Source: a virus. Taken from it: DNA of 64,000 bases. Below are positions 17,852 to 27,672 of this stretch, one piece after another (the stretch's first letter is position 1; the number at the start of each line of letters is the position of its first letter). The notes beneath the pieces are model-generated. The model was not told the DNA's origin. It ran no database searches and worked only from the letters and a program-made list of their open reading frames with translations. The stretch lies in the IMG/VR virus record IMGVR_UViG_3300037485_001282, positions 79,702-143,701 of that record. The stretch is one strand, 5' to 3'. The position numbers and the translations under genes were made by a program.

Positions 17852-19390
17852 ATGCCAATGAAATGCCCCTTTTGCGGTTCCAATAAATTAGAAGAGACTG
17901 CTAACTTTAATGAGTTTTCTTGTAAACTATGTAATTGTGAGTTTAGAGACGAGAAACCAGGATACACGACATTCGAGGAAGGGAAATACGAAAACTTCTG
18001 CGAAAATGTTGCTGACTGTGTACTACAAGAAGCATCTGGCGGCATAACTCACGTTATAAACGCTATAGCAAAAGAAGCATCTCAGGCTGGAATCGAATAT
18101 ATTGACATTCCTATTGAAAGACTTCAGGATCTTTATGAGTCGGTTAAAAATGAATCTAGTTTGGGCATCATAGATTCGTTCGACCTCAAGTATATTAAAG
18201 AAGGAATGGATAAGTTTATCGTATTGGGTGAGAATATCCTTAAGAGAACCGATTTAGAAATCAATATGGAAAGATTTTCTTACTTGAAGGAAAACCAATT
18301 ATCCACTATTTCAGTTAAGCCACTTGGTCCTGTGGGCGGCGGAAAAAGAAAAGAAGTTATTGCTGGTGCTGTTGAAGAAGAAATAACTCCTGAAGTTAAT
18401 ATAGTCGATGATGAAACAATAGAAGCAATAGCAGATGATAGTTTAGATGAATTAAAATCAATGTATAGCGATTCTCCAGAAGGAACCTTTGATTTCGAGA
18501 TACAATATATCATTGAAGTTGCCAAAAAATATTGGCCAGAGATCGAAACATATTCTCCCGAAACTTTAGACAAAATAAAGACAGTTTTAGACCAAAAAGC
18601 AAATGCTGGATCAAGTCAAGATTTCACAGAAAATGAAGGTGACATTGATACATCTAACATGCATAATTGGGTGTCTATAATTGGTGATGTTGCGATGGAA
18701 GTAGAAGACAAAATTAGAAATCCAGACCATCAAATGACAGCAGATGAAGCAAGAGGTTTAATAAGACAAGAAGCTATTAAGATGGGGGTCAGTGAGAATA
18801 AGGTTGACGAGCAGTTTATTGATAGAGTTATTAAGTACATTAAATCTAGATCATATGAAGAGTTTGGTCCTGGTGAACTTGACTGGTTAGATGACCGAAG
18901 TATAAAAGAAACCCCAAATTATTCTGGAGACACAGACTTATCTCATTTATCATCAGTTGGGTCAGACGAAGATCCTAATTCACCAGAAGCCCAAGGAATA
19001 GAAGACGATTCTGAGTTTTACGATGATAAGATTGGTGGAGTTAGTGATTTTGCTTCTGATATTAAAGAACCAAAGAATCCAATTGATATTGATTCGGCTA
19101 TTACTATTATCAAATCAGAGGGACTACAAGACGATTTGGAGATTTATAAGCGTCTATTGGAACTAGTAGGTAATATTAGTGGCGAAGAAGCAGATAAAGT
19201 ATTAGATACTGTTAGAGGTATTTCTGTTGGAGTTCGAGAAGATAGTCTAACTGGAACTGGAATTGGAGACGGAACCAACGATATTGGCGCTAATCCAGAT
19301 GAGTTAGATATAGATGAATCCAATTTAATGGAAGCAGTCGAACATATAGTTTCTAAAGCAACTAAGGTAGAAGAACTAAGGGATCTATGA
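17852..19390 (+). CDS. Acidic late protein with N-terminal zinc ribbon, probable internal head protein
   Basis: CPFC..CKLC; D/E-rich; TATAAATA 17828-17835 and AGGAG RBS. Confidence 0.6.
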   Translation: MPMKCPFCGSNKLEETANFNEFSCKLCNCEFRDEKPGYTTFEEGKYENFCENVADCVLQEASGGITHVINAIAKEASQAGIEYIDIPIERLQDLYESVKNESSLGIIDSFDLKYIKEGMDKFIVLGENILKRTDLEINMERFSYLKENQLSTISVKPLGPVGGGKRKEVIAGAVEEEITPEVNIVDDETIEAIADDSLDELKSMYSDSPEGTFDFEIQYIIEVAKKYWPEIETYSPETLDKIKTVLDQKANAGSSQDFTENEGDIDTSNMHNWVSIIGDVAMEVEDKIRNPDHQMTADEARGLIRQEAIKMGVSENKVDEQFIDRVIKYIKSRSYEEFGPGELDWLDDRSIKETPNYSGDTDLSHLSSVGSDEDPNSPEAQGIEDDSEFYDDKIGGVSDFASDIKEPKNPIDIDSAITIIKSEGLQDDLEIYKRLLELVGNISGEEADKVLDTVRGISVGVREDSLTGTGIGDGTNDIGANPDELDIDESNLMEAVEHIVSKATKVEELRDL

Positions 19391-20928
19391 AAAGAGTCGA
19401 TGAAGCGGATAAAAATGATAAAGAGACTATAGGCGGTCCCGCTGGTTCTGTAGTGGGACGAGGAGCATCTGCTGTTGGTGGTGCTTTAAAAACAGTTGGA
19501 ACAGCTTTTAAAAAAGATATATTTAAGAATGCTGGTGAAATAGAGAGCGTTGTTGATGCTGTATGGGATAGATTATCACAAGACCCAGAGTTTATGCGTA
19601 AGCATGGTAGAATTAAAGGTAAATTTGATAAAGCTAAAGATATTAAAGAAGTTATTTTGATAATTAAAAATGACCAACGTGGATCTGTTGATTTTTTGGT
19701 TTCAACAATACAGCATTCTTATGGAAAATTTACTAAAAATAAAATAGAAACAGCTAGAGGTTGGCTCCGAAGTTATTTAAAGGCCGATGGACCTGGATTT
19801 AATCAACTCAGTAAACAAGAACAAGATAATATAAACCAAACAATAGAAAATGTATTAAAAGCAGCATTTCCAGCGGAATATGTGCCACCAAAAAATACAA
19901 ACCAACCACAAAAAAAATCTAAAAAAGCTACACAGCCAAAACAAAATCAGCCAGCGCCAGTAATAAATAAGCCAGCAAAGCCAATACCAGAGGAACGCAA
20001 CATGACATTTAAATCATTTTTCGAATCAGAAAATATCAAGGAAGAAGAAGATATTCAGAAACTTGATGCTGAAGTAAATAAAGACAAAGAAAAACTAGCG
20101 GATACTCAGGTAAAGAAAGCCCAAGCGATTCAAAAAGTTACTAAGGATAATATCGCAAAGAGTACCAATAAAAAGGAAGAAAATCCTTTAGCTGAAGGTG
20201 TATATGCTGGAGCCGATGGTATCAATAAAAAGATTCCATTTACTCAAGACCCACTCCTAAAGAAAGCAGAAGACTCCAAAGAAAAAGAAGATCCTATTAA
20301 AGATGCTGGTGAAGAAAGACGTAAGAAACTCGAAAGAATAACGAAGGAATTACAAGAATTGGCAAATGAAGTTTCTTCAGATGTAAACTCAAATATTAAC
20401 GAAGAACCACCATTAAGTGTATTAGCCGCTAAAGAGAAATTTGCTTTAGATGAAGCGGCACATCAATGGGAACAAATGCAATGTGCAATGGGTGAATGCG
20501 GAGTCGAGAATCAACTTCCAGTAGAAATAACTGCCCAAAGTATGATTGATTCTGGTGAGTTTAATAATGCTGGGTTAGAACAAAGCGAAACTACAGCACA
20601 AGTAGCTGATAGAGCAAGTATTTACGGATTTATTAAGAGTAATAATCTAACAGGAATCCCAAGAGACCAATCATTGAATATCCTTTTAGGTCAATTCGGA
20701 AACTCATCCACAGAACTTTCACAAATTTTAAGTGACGCTATCTTATCTGATGGCGAACCTTCCGATATTGATAACTCTTATGGTTACACAGATTCACTCA
20801 GACAAATCAGTTCCCCAGAAGTACAACCTGCTCCAGTTGATTGGGATGACTCCGAAAGAAGCCACCTTAATAGACTCCAGGATACTTGGAAGGACATGGA
20901 AGCTAAATTTAACTTAAAAGATCTTTGA
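19387..20928 (+). CDS. Hypothetical late protein, probable internal head protein; possible in-frame internal start at 20002
   Basis: ATGA overlap with upstream gene; several I/L-x-E motifs; GAGGA + MTFKSFFESE internally. Confidence 0.6.
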   Translation: MKRVDEADKNDKETIGGPAGSVVGRGASAVGGALKTVGTAFKKDIFKNAGEIESVVDAVWDRLSQDPEFMRKHGRIKGKFDKAKDIKEVILIIKNDQRGSVDFLVSTIQHSYGKFTKNKIETARGWLRSYLKADGPGFNQLSKQEQDNINQTIENVLKAAFPAEYVPPKNTNQPQKKSKKATQPKQNQPAPVINKPAKPIPEERNMTFKSFFESENIKEEEDIQKLDAEVNKDKEKLADTQVKKAQAIQKVTKDNIAKSTNKKEENPLAEGVYAGADGINKKIPFTQDPLLKKAEDSKEKEDPIKDAGEERRKKLERITKELQELANEVSSDVNSNINEEPPLSVLAAKEKFALDEAAHQWEQMQCAMGECGVENQLPVEITAQSMIDSGEFNNAGLEQSETTAQVADRASIYGFIKSNNLTGIPRDQSLNILLGQFGNSSTELSQILSDAILSDGEPSDIDNSYGYTDSLRQISSPEVQPAPVDWDDSERSHLNRLQDTWKDMEAKFNLKDL

Positions 20929-20962
20929 GTTCCCGATATAATAGGGACTCAAAGGAACTAAA

Positions 20963-21565
20963 ATGGATCTAGATTTAGAAGAAGCACCTGAAAGTCCCTA
21001 TAATAAGGAACCTAAGCCAAGAGTAAATTCTAAGAAAAAAGGCAATAGATGGGAACTTCAGTTAACGAAGATCCTTGGAGAAATCTTTGGAGATGAGTTC
21101 CGAAGAGTTCCTATGTCTGGTGCCTTTTGTGGTGGAATAAATAGATTTAGAAACCAATCAGTAAATCAAGATGCTAAAAATGCTCTAACAGGTGACTTAA
21201 TAGTTCCTACTTGGTTCCCTTTCTCAGTCGAAGCAAAGAACTATGAAGATTCTCCTAAGATGCATAATCTGTTATCTATAGGAGATAAAGATTTAGATAA
21301 GTGGATCGAACAGGCAAAAGAAGAATCTAAAATGTCCAAAAGAGACTGGATAGTTATTTTTAATATAACATCTAAACGAAGAAGCTTTGTCGCTGTAGAT
21401 TATAAAAAGTTCCTAGAAGTTACTAAAAGTTCCTTGAGTTCCTCTATAGTTTATAAAGATACTATAATATTTGATATGGAAGATTTTCTAAATAAAATGG
21501 CTATATATTACTTTCCAGAAAATTGGCGCGAAATAAGAGACTCCAATAAAATTAAAAATATTTAA
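20963..21565 (+). CDS. Hjc-type Holliday junction resolvase
   Basis: NSKKKGNRWE, RRVPMSGA, GDLIVP, VEAKNY. Confidence 0.8.
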   Translation: MDLDLEEAPESPYNKEPKPRVNSKKKGNRWELQLTKILGEIFGDEFRRVPMSGAFCGGINRFRNQSVNQDAKNALTGDLIVPTWFPFSVEAKNYEDSPKMHNLLSIGDKDLDKWIEQAKEESKMSKRDWIVIFNITSKRRSFVAVDYKKFLEVTKSSLSSSIVYKDTIIFDMEDFLNKMAIYYFPENWREIRDSNKIKNI

Positions 21566-21599
21566 CTCTATTATAAATAATAGTCACTAGGAGCAAAAA

Positions 21600-22241
21600 A
21601 TGATTATAAATGATGTTGATTTAAATAAAGCATATGCGCTAATTGAAGCTGCTGAATACGGCACTAAAAAGGTTGAAGTTAAGAAAGACGAAGGAGCTAA
21701 AGATGCTCCTAAGAAATTCGAAGCAGATGCAACTGTTAAGGCTGAGAAAAATAAGAGAGACGAAAAAGCATCTAAAGCTCCTCAGAAGTTCGAAGGAAAT
21801 AAAGATACTGCTGGTGACAAGAAGAACGAAAAAGATAAAGAAGGCGCAAAAGATGCTCCTAAGAAATACGAAACAGTTAAAGAATTTCAACAAAGACTCA
21901 AGGAATCCCTTGGGCTTTTAGATAATCTAAAAAAAACAAGTGAAATAACTGAGACTGCTTTAGTTCCACCAGATAATGGTTCACAAGCTGGACCATATAA
22001 ATTTAGAGGAACTTCAGCAAAACCATTTATTAATGCTGTTTTGAGTTATTCATATGAAGGAGCCGAGCCATGTATGGTAGTTGCTAACGTTGCTACTAAA
22101 GAAGGAATGGCTACTTATAAATATAGAGTGTCTTTAAATGAGTTTGTAGAGTATATAAATGGAATTGATTCTGGTGCATTAAATATTGGAAAAGTAATGG
22201 CTGACATCAAAGATAAATTAATTTCCAAAGATTTAGTATAA
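21600..22241 (+). CDS. Late protein with KDAPKKFE-type charged repeats
   Basis: TATAAATA 21572-21579; three imperfect K.EGAKDAPKK(F/Y)E repeats. Confidence 0.65.
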   Translation: MIINDVDLNKAYALIEAAEYGTKKVEVKKDEGAKDAPKKFEADATVKAEKNKRDEKASKAPQKFEGNKDTAGDKKNEKDKEGAKDAPKKYETVKEFQQRLKESLGLLDNLKKTSEITETALVPPDNGSQAGPYKFRGTSAKPFINAVLSYSYEGAEPCMVVANVATKEGMATYKYRVSLNEFVEYINGIDSGALNIGKVMADIKDKLISKDLV

Positions 22242-22266
22242 ATAAATAACGAAGAAGGAATAACCC

Positions 22267-22725
22267 ATGGAAAAAGCAAAAACCCTCGTTGATATTATCA
22301 AAGAACGCCAAGCCCTTAAAGAATCCGAAACGATTAAAGGCGCTACAAATTCTGGTAAATCAACCCTCAAAGACGAAGAAGGTGGTTCCAAGCCAGCAGA
22401 AGGCGCAACTGTTAAACCAGTTACCGCTGGAGATGGCGTAAAGGACGCACCAAAAGATTTCACCCCAAAGAATGGTGACATCGGCAACACCAAATCAGTT
22501 GCCCGTGAAGAAGGCGCTAAAGCAGGCGTAAAGGAAACTGGAGAAGGCGATAAGAACATCGGCAATAAAGCCGCTGTCGAAGGAGCCAAGCCAGTTGATC
22601 GTAAAGAAGGCGCTGGGGGTGCCCCAAAGGAATTCTTAGCTGATTTCCGTAAGCAAGTCCGTTCAGCCCTCGGTCTCCCTTTAGATTCCGAAAAGAACCA
22701 AGGCAACAAGGGTCTCAACAAGTAA
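22267..22725 (+). CDS. Highly expressed low-complexity late protein (K/E/G/A-rich), probable head core protein
   Basis: TATAAATA 22237-22244, AAGGA RBS, capsid-gene-like codon usage, followed by terminator. Confidence 0.65.
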   Translation: MEKAKTLVDIIKERQALKESETIKGATNSGKSTLKDEEGGSKPAEGATVKPVTAGDGVKDAPKDFTPKNGDIGNTKSVAREEGAKAGVKETGEGDKNIGNKAAVEGAKPVDRKEGAGGAPKEFLADFRKQVRSALGLPLDSEKNQGNKGLNK

Positions 22726-22755
22726 TTTTATAAAAATTGATTTAAAGATTTTTTC

Positions 22756-22791
22756 ACCAACGTCAGTTATTTTAATTGACGTTGGTTTTTT
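22756..22791 (+). terminator. Intrinsic terminator overlapping the -35 of the rnh promoter
   Basis: ACCAACGTCAGTTA-ttt-TAATTGACGTTGGT + T run. Confidence 0.85.
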
Positions 22792-22803
22792 GTTTGTTAT
22801 AAT
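22776..22803 (+). promoter_or_regulatory. Sigma70-type promoter for RNase H
   Basis: TTGACG-N16-TATAAT with TG extension. Confidence 0.75.
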
Positions 22804-22824
22804 GGTCCTCTTCAGGAGACCATT

Positions 22825-23712
22825 ATGAAGAATCTTTTAATAGATATTAGTCCACTTGCTTACAGAACTCTTTTCGCAAATAAAGAAGATTTTAAGATGC
22901 TTGGGGAAAATATTTTAAGACATAATTTACTAGGATCAATTTTTTACTATATTGATAGATTTAAGCCTAATAAAGTTTTTGTTTGCTTCGAATGTGACGG
23001 AAAGAATTGGCGTAAAGAAAAATTCGACTTCTATAAAGCACAACGAAAAGAAGCAAGAGAAAAACAAGATGTTAACTGGGATGAGTTCTATTCGTTCACT
23101 TCTAGTTTCTATAATGAACTAAAAGAAAATTTTCCTTTCTACGTCCTCAAACACAATAAACTAGAAGCAGATGATATTGTTTCTATTCTAGTAAAGAAGT
23201 TTCTAGGTAACGATAATATAATGATTACCAACGACGGTGACTATAAGCAACTATTAAAGTACCCTGGAGTTAAATTTTTCGATTCTATGAAAGGGGTATT
23301 TAATGAATGCGACTCACCTAATAAATTCCTAGAAACTAAAATAATAATGGGCGATAGATCAGATAATATCCCACCAATTAGACCAAGATTCGGTGAGAAA
23401 ACCGCTGAGAAACTTATAGAATCTGAAGAAATTTATAAGATGCTTAAAGAAGTAGATCCAGATGGAAGCCCATGTGAACTAAAAAGAAACTATGATCGTA
23501 ATAAGTTACTAATTGATCTAGAAAATACCCCAAGAGACTTAGTTGAAAGCCTAGAAAATATGGTAGATGAATACCAGCCACCATCAAGTAAATATATGGT
23601 TACTTATTTTAGAACTAAGCGACTCGTAGAACATCTTGGAAATATTTCGAAAATAAGACAAAACTTAGAATCTTTGGTCAGCGAAGAAGCTCAGTTAGAT
23701 TTTGCTTTTTAG
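22825..23712 (+). CDS. rnh: T4 RNase H-like 5'-3' exonuclease
   Basis: LLIDIS, NWRK..F..YKAQR, LEADDIV, DGDYKQL, MGDRSDNIP. Confidence 0.93.
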   Translation: MKNLLIDISPLAYRTLFANKEDFKMLGENILRHNLLGSIFYYIDRFKPNKVFVCFECDGKNWRKEKFDFYKAQRKEAREKQDVNWDEFYSFTSSFYNELKENFPFYVLKHNKLEADDIVSILVKKFLGNDNIMITNDGDYKQLLKYPGVKFFDSMKGVFNECDSPNKFLETKIIMGDRSDNIPPIRPRFGEKTAEKLIESEEIYKMLKEVDPDGSPCELKRNYDRNKLLIDLENTPRDLVESLENMVDEYQPPSSKYMVTYFRTKRLVEHLGNISKIRQNLESLVSEEAQLDFAF

Positions 23713-24184
23713 CTTCTTTAAAAGATGATCCCTCTAAGTAAATAATCTTAAAATTCCATTTATGTGCCTTACAATAAGCCCTTGCGGCTTCCCATTTGGC
23801 GCTATTGAGAATCCATCGCTCCTGTTGCTCCCTAAGAGTCTTCCGTCGTTTCTTCTCAGTTACGATGGGTGGCTCCGTTTCGTGCTTTGGCTTAATCTCT
23901 ATTAACTCAATCCTAGTCCCCGAAGAATCCCTTATCTTACATAGGAAATCTGGATGATATTTCCAGATAGTTCCTGTTAAGGGATTTAAATAGGGAATCT
24001 CTGGTTTCTCCGAAATCCACTCAAGAACATTGGGGGAATTATCAAGGAACTGGGCCATTTTAAATTCCCAATTGCTACGCAGGAAAGGAAGCGTCTTTCC
24101 TTTATATTTCTCTTTGTTTTTAGGAGAGTAGAATCCCTGGTGTAATTTTGATTTTTTATTTGGAGAAAATCTTAGGTTTGACAT
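23678..24184 (-). CDS. gp4: Head completion nuclease (TnsA-like)
   Basis: PKNKEKYKG, RSNWE, YHPDF, IEIKP, NSAKWEAARAYC. Confidence 0.9.
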   Translation of the reverse strand: MSNLRFSPNKKSKLHQGFYSPKNKEKYKGKTLPFLRSNWEFKMAQFLDNSPNVLEWISEKPEIPYLNPLTGTIWKYHPDFLCKIRDSSGTRIELIEIKPKHETEPPIVTEKKRRKTLREQQERWILNSAKWEAARAYCKAHKWNFKIIYLEGSSFKEAKKQNLTELLR

Positions 24185-24189
24185 ATATT

Positions 24190-24208
24190 TATTTATAAAT
24201 TATAAATA
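24190..24208. promoter_or_regulatory. Back-to-back divergent late promoters
   Basis: TATAAATA on minus (24190-24197) and plus (24201-24208) within a 30-bp gap. Confidence 0.8.
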
Positions 24209-24214
24209 GAAGAC

Positions 24215-24913
24215 ATGCGTTCTATCGGAGCAAATGTCTCTTTTAACTTACGTGACCCTAGTGTTCTTACGAACATTAGGGTTTCTTCGTTTATAAATTC
24301 AGCCAACAATGCCAAGGTTGAATTAGATAATAAAAAATATACTAATAATATCTCAGAGGAAATAAGGTCTGGGGAGTTTATTTCTTTTAAACTGAACTCA
24401 CCATTAAAGGAAATTGACCCAACTATAGTAAATACGAGTAGCAAGCAAAATAACTATAACGAAAAGAAACTTATTAATAGATTTGGCATATTTGTTAAAA
24501 GCGAACCTAGAAATAAACAAATTCACTACATTGAACTTAAATTTTACTTAATGAATCAGAAAGACGAAAATAAAAAACTAATAACTCAATCCGAGGGACT
24601 TAACTTCATAGTTAATCAATATATTCCATTTATGTTCAAAACTATAGATGGACTTCAATATGTACTAGATTTCGAAAAATGGGATATTTTAGGGGAAGGT
24701 ATATTAGAACTTAAAAACAACTTCCAATCGTATATGGATATTAATAAGTTACTTCAATCAAAGAACCCAATTCATAAGCACGTTCAAGGATTTTATAGAA
24801 AATTTAATATAAACGACATAAAGCAACTTAAAAAGGTAACTACTATTGACGAGATAAAAGATGAGATGAAAAATATATATGTTTATAATATAGCAGGACA
24901 TAAAGGAAACTAA
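24215..24913 (+). CDS. Hypothetical late protein (possibly remote gp2-like)
   Basis: 232-aa ORF between gp4 and portal; no diagnostic motif. Confidence 0.5.
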   Translation: MRSIGANVSFNLRDPSVLTNIRVSSFINSANNAKVELDNKKYTNNISEEIRSGEFISFKLNSPLKEIDPTIVNTSSKQNNYNEKKLINRFGIFVKSEPRNKQIHYIELKFYLMNQKDENKKLITQSEGLNFIVNQYIPFMFKTIDGLQYVLDFEKWDILGEGILELKNNFQSYMDINKLLQSKNPIHKHVQGFYRKFNINDIKQLKKVTTIDEIKDEMKNIYVYNIAGHKGN

Positions 24914-24916
24914 AAA

Positions 24917-26491
24917 ATGGCTTTAAGAAACTTTTTTAATTTTGGAAGAAACACCAGAGGTAAGCAGGTCAGTGACGCTTTCTCCCCCAAAGAAAAGGAA
25001 AATCTTTTCAAGGTCCGTCAAGGAATATTTAATGCACTAGAAAATAATAATGATAACGCAAAAGGGAAAACTGAAAAAGTTGGAATCTCGGATATTCAAG
25101 ATTTTTCTGGTATAGGCGATTTTGGCGGAATGATGAATGTTTACTCAAAGTACATTTATCAATCAGAAGCAAATAAACAGCAACGAGTAGAAATTTATAG
25201 AGAAATGTCTAAGTTCCCAGAAATTGCCTTTGCTATAGACGAATATGTAGATGAAGCAGTTAATTTCGATAGTGAAGGTTGTAAATTCTGTACTCTTAAA
25301 ATCAATAACGAATATATCAAAAAAGACGAAGAAATGGCAAAAACCATTCAATCAGAGTGGGACCATCTTGTATATGAAATTATGAAAGCAGATGAACAAG
25401 TAGCTAATTGGTTCCGAGAATATCTTATTGATGGCGAAATTGCTTTCGAGAAAATCTTCGATAACGATGAACCAGAAAAGGGAATCACAAAAGTTAAAAA
25501 ATTATTAACAACTAGAATCCATCCAATTTGGGAAGATATAGAAACAGACGAAATTCAGTTTTTTGCCTATAAAGGACAATCAGAGTTACTATCATTAAAT
25601 AGACAACAAATAGCCTACGCAAACTCTGGCTTATATAACTTCAACTCAACTGAAGATGATAAAATGGTTCTTAGTATCTTAGAAGCGTCTAAAATATCTT
25701 ATAGACGCTTAAAGTTACTAGAAGATGCTTTAGTCATTTATAGAATCGTTAGAGCACCTGAACGTAGAGTATTTAATATAGCTTCTGGTAATCTCCCAAC
25801 ACACAAAGCAGAATCATATCTAAAAAATCTAATGACAAAGTATCGTCAGAGAAAATATTATGATCCTAAAACTGGAGACGTTGGTGAAGGCTTAGATCCA
25901 ATGGCTATGACGGAAGACTATTGGTTCCTTAAGTATCAAGACGGTAAAGGATCTACAGTAGAAACTTTAGCTGGTGGTGAATCTTTAGGAAAAATAGAAG
26001 ACGTTGAATATTTCCTCAAGAAACTCTATAGGGGCTTGAAGATTCCTAAGAGTAGATGGGGTGAAGACGATAAGTTTCAAATTGGTGGTGGTGACGGTGA
26101 AATTACTAGAGAAGAAGGAAAATTTGCTAAAGAAGTAAAACGTTACTGCAAACGATTTATGAATGTTTTTAAAGATACATTTATTACTCACTTGGAACTA
26201 AAAGGAATTTGGGCACAGTTTGGTTTAGAGCGAAAAGATATTCAAGTAAATATGACCAATAATAATTTATTTGATAAATACTTTGAAGCAAAAATAGAAG
26301 AAATTAAATTTAAGAACTTTAGAAACTTCGATGGTCTAATAGACGACGAAGAAGCTATTTTCTCAACGGAAATGATAGTTAAGAAGTATCTTAATGTATC
26401 TGATGAAGAATGGGATGAGCATATTCAGAAGAGAATGGCTGAGAAAATGGCTAAGGATATATTGAAGAAAGACGAAGAAACCGATAAATAA
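24917..26491 (+). CDS. gp20: Portal vertex protein
   Basis: YREMSKFPEI..AIDE, LEDALVIYRIVRAPERRVF, MTEDYW, YFLKKLYRGLKIP.SR. Confidence 0.97.
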   Translation: MALRNFFNFGRNTRGKQVSDAFSPKEKENLFKVRQGIFNALENNNDNAKGKTEKVGISDIQDFSGIGDFGGMMNVYSKYIYQSEANKQQRVEIYREMSKFPEIAFAIDEYVDEAVNFDSEGCKFCTLKINNEYIKKDEEMAKTIQSEWDHLVYEIMKADEQVANWFREYLIDGEIAFEKIFDNDEPEKGITKVKKLLTTRIHPIWEDIETDEIQFFAYKGQSELLSLNRQQIAYANSGLYNFNSTEDDKMVLSILEASKISYRRLKLLEDALVIYRIVRAPERRVFNIASGNLPTHKAESYLKNLMTKYRQRKYYDPKTGDVGEGLDPMAMTEDYWFLKYQDGKGSTVETLAGGESLGKIEDVEYFLKKLYRGLKIPKSRWGEDDKFQIGGGDGEITREEGKFAKEVKRYCKRFMNVFKDTFITHLELKGIWAQFGLERKDIQVNMTNNNLFDKYFEAKIEEIKFKNFRNFDGLIDDEEAIFSTEMIVKKYLNVSDEEWDEHIQKRMAEKMAKDILKKDEETDK

Positions 26492-26505
26492 GAAAGAGGC
26501 AATAC

Positions 26506-26925
26506 ATGAAAAATAAGTATAAAGAAAAGTTTAATGAAAGTAATGCTCTCATAAAAACCATTTCTGTTAAAACAGGAATACCAACAAATCAATTGGAAGG
26601 ATTTTGGGATTTATCTGTTCAGAAAAACGAAAGTGGAAATAGAGACGAATTTTTTTGGAACAAGGTTATGGAAGACTTTCAGCGTTTAGTAGATCAAGTA
26701 GATATTCAGGAGGCAAAATATACCATGGACAATATTTCACAATACCAAGAACACGCTCACTCGTTTATCAATCATTTAATTGATGATAATCAAGTCGAGG
26801 CACAGAAAGCATTTGAACAAGTAGTTCAGGCTAAACTTTCTGGTATCATAGATGAAAAGAAAGAAAAGTTCTGTAAAGAAATTCTTTCTAAACAAGCAGA
26901 AAAAATTCAACGGGATTCCTTCTAA
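26506..26925 (+). CDS. Prohead core protein (gp67-like C-terminal half)
   Basis: Between gp20 and gp21; FINHLIDDNQVEAQKAFEQVVQAKL. Confidence 0.6.
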   Translation: MKNKYKEKFNESNALIKTISVKTGIPTNQLEGFWDLSVQKNESGNRDEFFWNKVMEDFQRLVDQVDIQEAKYTMDNISQYQEHAHSFINHLIDDNQVEAQKAFEQVVQAKLSGIIDEKKEKFCKEILSKQAEKIQRDSF

Positions 26926-26954
26926 AGTTTATAAATAGATTTTAAAGGATTTTT

Positions 26955-27632
26955 ATGTTAAAACTTATAACAGAAGCATCGTCCCCTAATTACTTTGGTA
27001 TAAAAGATGTAATGATAGTTGAAAATACTACCATGGGCACTAAGGACATGTATATAACTGGTCCTTTTATGCAGAGTAAAGTAAAGAATCGAAATGGTAG
27101 AATCTACGATAAGAGAGTTTTAGAAGAAGCAGTTAAGAGATATGTTGCCGATAGAATGTCAGGCCCGAAACTAAGATCATATGGTGAACTTGGACACCCA
27201 GAAGGAGTAGAAATTAACCCAGAGCGGATTAGTCATATAACTACTGAGTTGACTTGGAATGGCGATGATGTAATTGGAAAGGCTAAATTAGTAGAAACTA
27301 CATATGGGAAAATTGCAATTTCTTTGTTAAGAGCAGATGGTCAGTTGGGTGTGTCTTCTAGAGGATTGGGTGAATTAGTAAAAGAAGTAGTTAACGCCTT
27401 TGAGTTAATCGCTGTAGATATTGTTATAGATCCTTCTGCTCCTGATGGGTTCGTCCAAGGTATTTTAGAGGGTAAAGAATACATAATCGAAGGTGGAAGC
27501 TATACGGAACATTCTATCAATAAAAGCGTTAGAGCGTTTGGAAAATTTGAAAAATCATTAACTACGTTACCTAAAAAAGACGTAAATTCCTATTATTTAA
27601 AGCAAATTGAGAATTTCCTTAAAGAAATTTGA
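26955..27632 (+). CDS. gp21: Prohead protease
   Basis: KNRNGRIY, GELGHP, GVSSRGLG, DIVIDPSAP; late promoter 26930-26937. Confidence 0.96.
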   Translation: MLKLITEASSPNYFGIKDVMIVENTTMGTKDMYITGPFMQSKVKNRNGRIYDKRVLEEAVKRYVADRMSGPKLRSYGELGHPEGVEINPERISHITTELTWNGDDVIGKAKLVETTYGKIAISLLRADGQLGVSSRGLGELVKEVVNAFELIAVDIVIDPSAPDGFVQGILEGKEYIIEGGSYTEHSINKSVRAFGKFEKSLTTLPKKDVNSYYLKQIENFLKEI

Positions 27633-27672
27633 TCAACTCATTATAAATAATATTCAATCAAAAGGATTAACC

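Noticed and set aside
22233-22721. 162-aa antisense ORF and other short antisense or alternate-frame ORFs in the track
   Set aside because: They lie within well-supported genes and reflect codon bias; no independent signals.
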